This document shows, piece after piece, positions 8,326 through 16,462 of a stretch of DNA of 64,000 nucleotides; position 1 is the first letter of the stretch, and every line of letters starts with the position of its first letter. The DNA comes from a virus. The notes beneath the pieces are model-generated. The model was not told the origin of the DNA, searched no databases, and saw nothing but the letters and a program-made list of their open reading frames with translations. The DNA is taken from positions 1 to 64,000 of IMG/VR virus record IMGVR_UViG_3300014501_000012. The stretch is one strand, 5' to 3'. The translations under genes and the position numbers were made by a program.

Positions 8326-9885
8326 GTGACGACGATCACGGCTGAGGTTGACGGCCAGGACATGACCTGGCTCCTGGAGATGGACCCGGACGATCCGGAG
8401 TTCCGCCGGTACTACTACGAGGTCCTGGGGTCCGACGAGGAGCGCGCCGCGCTCGACGCGTGGCTCGAGAGTCGATCGCCGAAGAGGGCGTTCGCCCTGC
8501 TGGGGTACGAGCCACTCCCCAAGCAGTGGATCCTCCACAACCTCGCGCCCTACGCCGAGGGCGGCCCGTTCGACGTTCTCTACGGAGGCTCCGCTGGTTC
8601 GGCCAAATCAATGTCACTGCTGATGGAGGCACTGGCCTGGGCCTACCGGGTCCCGGGCATCGAGGTCTGGCTCGTGCGACGAACCTACCCGCAGCTCTAC
8701 GACTCGTTCATCGCCGTGCTCGAGGAGCGCAACTTCGCCCACGCGCTCGGCACGCGTTGGAACTCGAGCAAGCACAGTCTGCACCTGGCGAACGGCTCAA
8801 TCCTCCGGTTCCGCCACGCCCGGAACCTGGCCGACGCCGCGGACCTTCTCTCAGCTTCGTGCCAGCTCCTCGTTCTCGACGAGCGGACGACACTGCTCCC
8901 GATAGTGGTCGACAAACTGTCATCCCGCGTTCGATCGGCCGATTCGGACATCCCAGTCATCGGAATTAGATCGGGTAGCAATCCAGGAGACATCGGCCAC
9001 TCACGGGTCAAGGAGGACTTCATCGACCCATCCCCACTGGGACTCGAGCGCATCCCGGTCAAGATGAAGTCCGGCCGGCGAGCCGATCGGTTCTTCATCC
9101 CAGCCAAGCCCGGCGACAACCCGTATCTGGACGAGTCGTACTACGACCGGCTCTCACTCTTGCCGCTCGACATGCAGATCGCCTACCTCGAAGGTGACTG
9201 GTCGAAGTTCGAGGGCATGGCGTTTCCCGACTGGTCACCGAGCATCCACGTGGTGACGCCCGAGGAGTGCCCTATCGACATGGATTCGGTCCGTGCGGTT
9301 GGCGTTGACTACGGACTGGTGGCCCCGTTCTGCGCGCTATGGGGGGCCAAGGCGGCGGACAACACGATCGTCATCTACCGCGAGTTGTACGAGGTGGGGT
9401 TGACGCCCACCGAGCAGGCCGAACTCATCCTCGCCAGCGAGGCAGAAGGCGAGCGAACGCGCCAGCACCCGGTCCCGGTTTACCTTGACCCATCGTGCTG
9501 GATCCGCCAGCCCAACTCGCCCAAACCCTTCGGCAACGAACCGCCGAAGGGGTCGATCGCCGACGAGTACAAGCAGGCCGGCCTCCCAGTCCAGCGCGCC
9601 TACAACGACCGGATCGGTGGGAAGCGCCTGGTGGCCGCCGGCCTCAAGGTTCAAAAAGACGGGCGCCCGCGGCTGCTTGTGTACTCGACCTGCTCGAATC
9701 TGATCCGCACACTGCCGGGGTTGCCGCGGGACAAGACCCGGCCGGAGGACGTCGACACCGACGCGGAAGACCATGCATACGACGGGAGCCGGTATCTGCT
9801 CGGCGGCCTCACGGGCAAGCGCCGGGGCAAGGCCCGTACGTTCGGCGAGGAACAACGCTCGACGAGGGCGTCTTCGGTAGGGTAG
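8326..9885 (+). CDS. terL: Terminase large subunit
   Basis: Walker A YGGSAGSAKS, Walker B LVLDE, SNPG, nuclease GVDYG and EDHAYDGSRY. Confidence 0.95.
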   Translation: MTTITAEVDGQDMTWLLEMDPDDPEFRRYYYEVLGSDEERAALDAWLESRSPKRAFALLGYEPLPKQWILHNLAPYAEGGPFDVLYGGSAGSAKSMSLLMEALAWAYRVPGIEVWLVRRTYPQLYDSFIAVLEERNFAHALGTRWNSSKHSLHLANGSILRFRHARNLADAADLLSASCQLLVLDERTTLLPIVVDKLSSRVRSADSDIPVIGIRSGSNPGDIGHSRVKEDFIDPSPLGLERIPVKMKSGRRADRFFIPAKPGDNPYLDESYYDRLSLLPLDMQIAYLEGDWSKFEGMAFPDWSPSIHVVTPEECPIDMDSVRAVGVDYGLVAPFCALWGAKAADNTIVIYRELYEVGLTPTEQAELILASEAEGERTRQHPVPVYLDPSCWIRQPNSPKPFGNEPPKGSIADEYKQAGLPVQRAYNDRIGGKRLVAAGLKVQKDGRPRLLVYSTCSNLIRTLPGLPRDKTRPEDVDTDAEDHAYDGSRYLLGGLTGKRRGKARTFGEEQRSTRASSVG

Positions 9886-9889
9886 TGCG

Positions 9890-10234
9890 GTGGCCGTGGA
9901 TGACGTGGAGATCAATGGTCCGGGGTGGCTCGCCGCCCTCGACCAGGCATACGCCTCTCTCGACGGGGTGATCCGGCGGATCGTTCGGGAGGAACTGGCC
10001 GGGCGGACACTCGAGGCGATCAAGGTCCTCGGACCGGTCGCCGAAGGCTCGGTCATCGTGCTGCCCGACGACATCGAAAGCAACATGGACGAGACCATGG
10101 CGCTCCTGATCGACAAGATCGGGCACAAGCGGTTCGTCGTGCTTCTGATCGGTCGTAGGGGCAGCGTGCCGGCGTTGTTCGGTCCGGAGGATCTCAAGGA
10201 AGCGATCAGGGCGGTGGCGAGGGCGGGCGAGTGA
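9890..10234 (+). CDS. Hypothetical protein
   Basis: Leaderless TAGGGT-6nt-GTG start. Confidence 0.55.
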   Translation: MAVDDVEINGPGWLAALDQAYASLDGVIRRIVREELAGRTLEAIKVLGPVAEGSVIVLPDDIESNMDETMALLIDKIGHKRFVVLLIGRRGSVPALFGPEDLKEAIRAVARAGE

Positions 10235-10614
10235 CCGACGACGACATCATCGATCCCTACGCCGACGTCCAGGGCGAGAACCCGGACGAGGTGGTCGAGG
10301 ATGACCAGGACGACCTCGAGGAGAACACGGACAAGACCGGGGTCGTGTGGGTCAACGGGGCGACGACCAAGACCCAGCGACGCAAGCGCCGGCCGCGGCC
10401 GAAACTCCGTCGACGGGGGAATACCAAGGCGGACTCGGCGGACGAAGCCCGACGAGACGCCCTCGTCCGGGCGACCGGGCGCGGGGTCCTGGTCGGCCCG
10501 GAGGCGGCCAGTTGGCGAACCCAGATGGAACTCGGGAACCGATCGAAGGCCGCGGCCCTGCTCTCGGACGGCACGCTCACGCACAACTCCGGGTCGGGGT
10601 TCGGAGCGTGCTGA
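10231..10614 (+). CDS. Hypothetical protein (acidic N-terminus, basic centre)
   Basis: GTGA overlap. Confidence 0.55.
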   Translation: MTDDDIIDPYADVQGENPDEVVEDDQDDLEENTDKTGVVWVNGATTKTQRRKRRPRPKLRRRGNTKADSADEARRDALVRATGRGVLVGPEAASWRTQMELGNRSKAAALLSDGTLTHNSGSGFGAC

Positions 10615-10784
10615 CCGGCGCTCTGGTCGTGATCACGCTCATGGTCCTGTTCGCGATCCTGGCGGCGAGCATGATGAACCCACCTCGTCACGGTGGCAAG
10701 CGTCCACCCAACCCCCCACCGCGGCCCGTAGCCTCGAGCCGCGTGCCCCGGCCACCGCAGGGCTCGGGCGAGAGGAGACGCTGA
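10608..10784 (+). CDS. Small membrane protein
   Basis: TM segment plus Pro/Arg tail. Confidence 0.45.
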   Translation: MLTGALVVITLMVLFAILAASMMNPPRHGGKRPPNPPPRPVASSRVPRPPQGSGERRR

Positions 10785-10894
10785 TGGCGAAGAAAGTCAG
10801 CCATTCGAGGCGCCCGAAACGACCGAAGCGGGGCTCGGTGAGCCGGGCCAAGGGCTTGAAGAAGGTCAAGATCCGGACGATCGTCGGCAAGTAA
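10784..10894 (+). CDS. Very basic 36-aa peptide
   Basis: MAKKVSHSRRPKRPKR...; GAGGAG SD; TGATG coupling. Confidence 0.5.
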   Translation: MAKKVSHSRRPKRPKRGSVSRAKGLKKVKIRTIVGK

Positions 10895-10946
10895 CGCCGG
10901 GGGCATTACCTTTCTCCCATCCAGCGAGCATGTACCCTCAGAGGTC

Positions 10947-11300
10947 GTGACGATCCTCGCACTGGTCCTCGCTGCGTTCGCCGTCATGCGGGTGACCCGG
11001 CTGGTGACGACCGACGAGGTCGCCCAACCCCTGCGTCTGGCGCTCGTCCGGCGGTTCCCTCCGAGCACGAAGCCCCTGATCCAGCCCCAGACCGGCGACG
11101 AGGTCGAGGGTGCCGCGGTGTTCGCTCCCCACTGGGTCGTAGTGCTGCTCTCGTGCGGCTGGTGCCTGTCGTTCTGGCTCGCCCTCGTGGCCGTGATCGC
11201 CCTGCACTTCGCCGGGTGGCTCAACTCCTGGGCGCTCGTAGCACTCGCTTGGCTGGCCGTGGCGGGGGCCGCGGGGATCCTGTTCGACTACTCGACGTGA
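10947..11300 (+). CDS. DUF1360-like membrane protein
   Basis: A..RVTRLVTTD...PLR...LLSCGWCLSFW; typical position before the portal in actinophages. Confidence 0.75.
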   Translation: MTILALVLAAFAVMRVTRLVTTDEVAQPLRLALVRRFPPSTKPLIQPQTGDEVEGAAVFAPHWVVVLLSCGWCLSFWLALVAVIALHFAGWLNSWALVALAWLAVAGAAGILFDYST

Positions 11301-11310
11301 GGGGCGACTG

Positions 11311-14300
11311 ATGGCTCCTCGGAGCACGCGGACGAAGACGCCTCCGATCGACGCCGCGTCAACGGTCACCACGCCGAAGACCCCGGCCAAGCGCGCCAGC
11401 ACGAAGACGCTGGCCGAGCGAAAGACCCAGAACGCCGCCGATGTCCTCCGGGCCTACACCGCGTCGACGTCCAGGGAGGTCGAGCGCGTCAACCAGGTGC
11501 TCACCGCGGCGGCGGAGATCCTCGAGCCCGGCGCGAGCCCCGGGGACTACGGCGGACGGCCGAACGCGGCGACGCGGACTTGGCAACACGCTGCGTGGGG
11601 CTACGGGCGCTCTGTTCCCGAACTCGGCGCGGCACAGATGTTCGTCGGCAACTGCCTGTCACAGATCCAGCTCGCCGTCGGGAAACGAAGCCCGGACGGC
11701 TCGACCGAGATGGGGTTCGACGGCGACGAGCCGGTCGAGGGGCTTGACTCGAAGCTCGCCAACCAAGCGGCCGAACTGATCTCCCAGATTCGGGGCCCGA
11801 CCGGCGGCCAGTCCGAGGTCCTGCGGTCATTCGGCGAGAAGGTTTTCGTGATAGGAGAATGTTACGTAGTCCCTGAGCAACTGCCTTCGGGGAAGGTCTT
11901 CCAGGTCATGTCGACCCAGGAGCTGATGCCCGAGGGCAACGAGTGGGTGTACTACCCGGGCCCGGGGTTCAAGACTCGGCCGCTCGCCGAGGGCACAACC
12001 CCGATCCGCGTCTGGCGCCGGGACGGGCAGTACGGGATGATTGCCACCTCTTCGGTCCAGTCGTCGCTGGAGGTCCTCGAGGAGCTGGTCGTCCTCACTC
12101 GGCTAGTCCGCGCCAGCGCCATCTCCCGCATGGCCGTCGCGGGGATCTTGTTGCTCCCCGACGAGCTCGACTTCCCCGAGGAAGAGGCTGGCCCCGACGG
12201 GAACATGAGCGAGGCGCGCAACCCAGTTGCCGTCGACATCATCAACAACGGGTCGAAGGCGATCGACGACCCCGCGTCGGCCGCCGCGTGGATGCCGTTC
12301 GTTCTCCAGGCTCCGGGCGAGATCCTCCAGCACGTCAGGCACGTCCCGTTCCAGACCGACGACCAGGAGAATGTGATCAAGCGGACCGAGGCGTTGCAAC
12401 GCCTGGCCCAAGGATTAGATCTTCCAGTAGAAATCGTAATGGGCCATCAGTGCGTCGATCACCAAACCGAGATCCTGACTACTCGCGGGTGGCTTTCCAA
12501 CGACGAAGTTCAGGCCGGCGACACGGCGTTGACTCTCAACCACGAGACTGGCGCATCGGAGTGGCAACCGGTCGACGCCGTGCACCACTACAACGTGGTG
12601 GACGAACGGATGCTCTCGATCGAACGCAGGTCGCACTCGTCGCTCACTACCGCCAACCATCGGTGGCCGGTCATATCTCACGGATGGGGCAAGCGACGTT
12701 GGAAGACATCCGAGACGCTCTCGACCGATACCGACATCATCTGCGCTGCGCCGCACCAGACCTTCGACCCCGAGCCGAAGTGGTCCGATGACCTCGTGGA
12801 ACTAGTCGCCTGGTACTACACCGAGGGCACCGACATCCGGGCCGGATCAGCCGTCATCTATCAGTCAATGAAAGCCAATCCGGTGCATGTCGCCCGGATA
12901 CGGGCCACTCTCACCAGCCTGGTAGGACCCCCGACCGAGTCGATGCACGATGCCTCGCGATCTCGGGCCCAATGCACGTTCCCCGGTTGCGAGTGGCTCG
13001 TGCACAGCCACGGCCTCTGCGATGCCCATCGGGCTCAGCGAATCCAGGGAATTCCCCTGCGGCCTGTGCGTCGTACCACCGATCCGCCCGCACCAAAGGA
13101 AGCAGTGCCGGCCTGGCGGGAGTCGGCACCTAACGATCGGGGAATGGTCCTGTTCCACCTGAACAAGACCCTGGCTGATCACGTGCGCGTGCTAGCTCCC
13201 GCCAAGGTCCCGTCAGGCGAGTTCATTCGGTCGCTCTCTAAGGCCCAACTAGAGCTGTTCATAGAACGGTCGGTGGACGGGGATGGGTGTCGGATCGGCG
13301 ATGGCGACTCGATTCAGTTCCACCAGGCGGACCAGCGGCGAACCGACGCCTTCGAGCTTGCATGCGTACTTGCCGGGCGAGCGGTGACGCGTCGAACGGG
13401 AATATCCACTGGTGGGTTTAAGGACTCGGTTCGTCACCAGGTGGTCACCCGGTCCAATGACGTGGTGTCTATAAGGCCTGGACGGGAATGGGTCACCTAC
13501 ACCGGTCAGGTATGGTGCCCCACCACCGGCAACGGAACCTGGCTCGCCCGGCGCAAGGGCACCGTGTACTTCACAGGGAATAGCACAACGTTCGCCAACG
13601 CCGCCCAAGTCAGCCAGGACACTTTCAATCTCCACATCAAGCCAACGATCCAACTCTTCTGCGACGCGCTCACGATCACCTACCTCTGGCCCGCGATCGC
13701 GATCGCCCGCGGGATCACACCGGAGACCATCGCCGTCTCGGGCTATCCGGCGGACATCCTGACGGTGGGCGTGACGTTCGACGCGTCGAAGCTCATCAGC
13801 CGGCCCGACCGCGCCAAGGACATCATCGACCTGTACATCCACGACATGACGTTCTCCGCAGTGAAGATCTCAGAGGCGCGTGAGGCGGTCGGACTCGACC
13901 CCGATGGCGGGCCCGACGACGACGAGATCTCCAAGCGTGTCGACGCCTACCGCCTGGGCCGGATCCGAGAGGTCATAGCGGGCCCAGTCGACGACGCGGC
14001 GGTCCCGATCCAAGACGCCTCGGCGGGCAAGGCGGTGGTCCCGGGTCAGTCCGCCGGGTCCAAACTCATCGGCCAGGAAGCCCCGTCAGCCTCGACGTCC
14101 GGGGCCGAGAGTGAGGCGGTCGTTGACAAGACGGCGATCCAGGATGCCGAGGACTCCTCGACGAGCGTCCGGACGTCCACTCCCCTCGCCGAACGCATAG
14201 CAGGGGCGGCGGAGATCGTCGCCGAGCGCGCCGTCGAGCGCGTCGGGGCGAAGCTCCGGAGCAAGTCCCGCGGCAACGCCTTCTCCGAGGCCGAGCGCGC

Positions 14301-14580
14301 CGCGTGCTCGGGGGTCGCCAACGCCAAGCTTCCGCGGGTGCTCGGCAGGGAGATCGTCGAGCGGATCGTGGGGAACACCGACGAGCTGATGCTGGCCGAA
14401 CTCAAGCATCTGGCGAAGAAGATCGAGGAGTGGGCGACGGCCGACGATCATCCAGACCCCCCGGCCGTGGTCAGCGAGGCGGCGTGCATAGCCATCGAGG
14501 CCGCCCGGGCATGGCTCTACGCCGACCCCGAGCCGATCGACCCCGCCCGGTTCTCGACCCTTGAGCAGGCATCGGTCTGA
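11311..14580 (+). CDS. Portal protein (intein-containing)
   Basis: WQ..AW...VPEL, GECY, IRVWR, AGILLLPDEL and RLAQGLDLPVE motifs of cluster-B-like portals; position after terL. Confidence 0.85.
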   Translation: MAPRSTRTKTPPIDAASTVTTPKTPAKRASTKTLAERKTQNAADVLRAYTASTSREVERVNQVLTAAAEILEPGASPGDYGGRPNAATRTWQHAAWGYGRSVPELGAAQMFVGNCLSQIQLAVGKRSPDGSTEMGFDGDEPVEGLDSKLANQAAELISQIRGPTGGQSEVLRSFGEKVFVIGECYVVPEQLPSGKVFQVMSTQELMPEGNEWVYYPGPGFKTRPLAEGTTPIRVWRRDGQYGMIATSSVQSSLEVLEELVVLTRLVRASAISRMAVAGILLLPDELDFPEEEAGPDGNMSEARNPVAVDIINNGSKAIDDPASAAAWMPFVLQAPGEILQHVRHVPFQTDDQENVIKRTEALQRLAQGLDLPVEIVMGHQCVDHQTEILTTRGWLSNDEVQAGDTALTLNHETGASEWQPVDAVHHYNVVDERMLSIERRSHSSLTTANHRWPVISHGWGKRRWKTSETLSTDTDIICAAPHQTFDPEPKWSDDLVELVAWYYTEGTDIRAGSAVIYQSMKANPVHVARIRATLTSLVGPPTESMHDASRSRAQCTFPGCEWLVHSHGLCDAHRAQRIQGIPLRPVRRTTDPPAPKEAVPAWRESAPNDRGMVLFHLNKTLADHVRVLAPAKVPSGEFIRSLSKAQLELFIERSVDGDGCRIGDGDSIQFHQADQRRTDAFELACVLAGRAVTRRTGISTGGFKDSVRHQVVTRSNDVVSIRPGREWVTYTGQVWCPTTGNGTWLARRKGTVYFTGNSTTFANAAQVSQDTFNLHIKPTIQLFCDALTITYLWPAIAIARGITPETIAVSGYPADILTVGVTFDASKLISRPDRAKDIIDLYIHDMTFSAVKISEAREAVGLDPDGGPDDDEISKRVDAYRLGRIREVIAGPVDDAAVPIQDASAGKAVVPGQSAGSKLIGQEAPSASTSGAESEAVVDKTAIQDAEDSSTSVRTSTPLAERIAGAAEIVAERAVERVGAKLRSKSRGNAFSEAERAACSGVANAKLPRVLGREIVERIVGNTDELMLAELKHLAKKIEEWATADDHPDPPAVVSEAACIAIEAARAWLYADPEPIDPARFSTLEQASV
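12451..13581 (+). mobile_element. Intein (377 aa) with LAGLIDADG homing endonuclease
   Basis: Q|CVDHQTEILTTRGW N-terminus; TANHRW block B; LVAWYYTEG and SVDGDG; VWCPTT block F; YFTGN|S C-terminus; lower GC. Confidence 0.93.
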
Positions 14581-15152
14581 TGGGGAAGGCATCGCGCAGG
14601 CGACCGAGGACCGACACGGACGTCCTCAACAGCGGGTGGCCGCTGCTCCTGCACCCGAACCGGCTGCTCTCGACGGTCTGCCTCCCGATCGCCACCTTCG
14701 ACGACGGGCTGGCGTACCTCGTCGACCAACTGGTCAAGGCCATGCGCGTGACCCACGGGATGGGCGTCGCCGCCCCCCAGGCGGGCGAGCCCTGTCGGGT
14801 CTTCGTCTGGACCCAGGATGCCAAGGAGTGGGCGATCGTGAACCCCGAGATCGTCGAGGCCGACGGCGAGCAGATCGGGCGCGAGGAGTGCCTGTCGATG
14901 CCCGGGGTCGACCTCCAGGTGGCCCGGTCGATGCGGGTGGTCATGCGCGGGTTCGACATCGAGGGGACGGAGATGGAGCGCGAGGGGACGGGCCTGACCG
15001 CCCGAACCTGGCAGCACGAAATCGACCACCTCGACGGGGTGATGATGCTCGACCGGGTCAACCGCCAGCTTCGACGCAACGCCGAGCGCCAGTGGGAGAA
15101 GAGGCGGGTCCCGCACTCCGGAACCCGGGCCCGGACGAGGGTGTCGGCATGA
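14580..15152 (+). CDS. def: Peptide deformylase
   Basis: GMGVAAPQAG, EECLSMPG and QHEIDHLDG, the three PDF motifs. Confidence 0.93.
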   Translation: MGKASRRRPRTDTDVLNSGWPLLLHPNRLLSTVCLPIATFDDGLAYLVDQLVKAMRVTHGMGVAAPQAGEPCRVFVWTQDAKEWAIVNPEIVEADGEQIGREECLSMPGVDLQVARSMRVVMRGFDIEGTEMEREGTGLTARTWQHEIDHLDGVMMLDRVNRQLRRNAERQWEKRRVPHSGTRARTRVSA

Positions 15153-15640
15153 GGCGGCTCACCAGCCAGCCCGAATGCACGACGGTGGGGATCGCCTTGG
15201 GGTTGCTGCCCGAAGGGTGGCGTCACCTTGTGGAGGACGTCGACGTCGCCATCGGTATCGACCCGGCGTTCGTGGGTTTGCACGACTACGACCTGACGAC
15301 GTTCGACTTCGACGACGAGCCCTGGGATGCCCACTACAAGGATCTTCCGCACATCGTCGGTGAAGAGCACCAGTGGATGTTGCCGATCTCTGCGCGGTGT
15401 CTCACCGTGGTGCTGCCTCTCGGCGTGGGAGTCAAAGGCGTGGTTCACGAGTTGGGGCATGTCCTGTGCCGCCTGGTGCCATGGAGTTGGACCCCGGCAG
15501 GCTGTACGCCCTACGGCCGGACCGACCGTGAAGAGGCATTCGCCGAGGCGGTCTCGTCCTGGTGCGTACCTGCGTACGAGCCCGACTATTGGGACCGCGA
15601 CAGCGAGGCCATCATGCGGAACCTTGAGGTGGCCGCATGA
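15149..15640 (+). CDS. Zincin-like metallopeptidase
   Basis: VVHELGH...YGRTDREEAFAE; ATGA overlaps at both ends. Confidence 0.7.
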   Translation: MRRLTSQPECTTVGIALGLLPEGWRHLVEDVDVAIGIDPAFVGLHDYDLTTFDFDDEPWDAHYKDLPHIVGEEHQWMLPISARCLTVVLPLGVGVKGVVHELGHVLCRLVPWSWTPAGCTPYGRTDREEAFAEAVSSWCVPAYEPDYWDRDSEAIMRNLEVAA

Positions 15641-16410
15641 GCCGACGACTGATCCCGGCCGCGCAGGTTGACGAGTGGGCAGCCCAACTCCAGGCGGCGG
15701 TCGACCGCGCCCTCGACGCCCAGCGGGACGCGGTCCTGCGCGTGCTCGGTGCGCACGGGATCCAGCTCTCAGTCACGGCCGCGTCGAAGAAGGGCCGTGC
15801 CGCCGGCCTGACCGGGGTCGTGGCGTTCACGGTCTGGGACCAGGACCAGTGGGCGAAGCTTGTCGATGCCCAGATCCAGCCCGTCGCCCAGAGCGTGGCA
15901 GACGACGCGGTGGTCGTGGCGTCGTCGAACGTCTCGACCTCGACCGCCGGAATGCCCTCGAATGCCGACGCGATCTCGGCCGCCATCGCGTCCGCGGCCA
16001 TCGCCTCGGGCGCGTATCTCGGCCAGCGGATGAACAACGCCGCGGCCAGTTCAACCGATCCATCGGACGACATCGCCGATGTCCTGGCCACGTCTTCGGC
16101 GATCGTCGGGGGCGTGGTCGCCGGCATGGCCCTCGCCGCTGCGAACTCGGCCTCGGGCGACGTCTCGCAGTTCGTGACCTCGACCACGGGCGTGCTCGCC
16201 ACCCACTCGTGGAACAGCGTCCTGGGAGAGACCACGAGGCCCTGGCACGCCGACGCCGACGGGCAGGAGGTCCCGGTCGGCCAGCCATTCATCGTCGACG
16301 GCGAAGAGATGATGTACCCCGGGGACTCGGCGGGCTCGGACGAGAACACGATCAACTGCCAGTGCTGGGAAGAGGTCGACGGCCTCGATTCGGGCCAGGC
16401 CGCAGCATGA
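15637..16410 (+). CDS. MuF-like minor capsid/head morphogenesis protein
   Basis: W....TRPWH..ADGQ.V....PFIVDGE.MMYPGD...ENTINCQC. Confidence 0.85.
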   Translation: MSRRLIPAAQVDEWAAQLQAAVDRALDAQRDAVLRVLGAHGIQLSVTAASKKGRAAGLTGVVAFTVWDQDQWAKLVDAQIQPVAQSVADDAVVVASSNVSTSTAGMPSNADAISAAIASAAIASGAYLGQRMNNAAASSTDPSDDIADVLATSSAIVGGVVAGMALAAANSASGDVSQFVTSTTGVLATHSWNSVLGETTRPWHADADGQEVPVGQPFIVDGEEMMYPGDSAGSDENTINCQCWEEVDGLDSGQAAA

Positions 16411-16462
16411 TACCGCCGACCCACCGACCTGATGTGCCAGACTTCCAAACGTCGAGGAGGCA

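Noticed and set aside
16407-16430. Minus-strand GTCGG...TATCAT as a PafBC promoter
   Set aside because: Spacing of 11 rather than 10, first base mismatched, and no downstream gene
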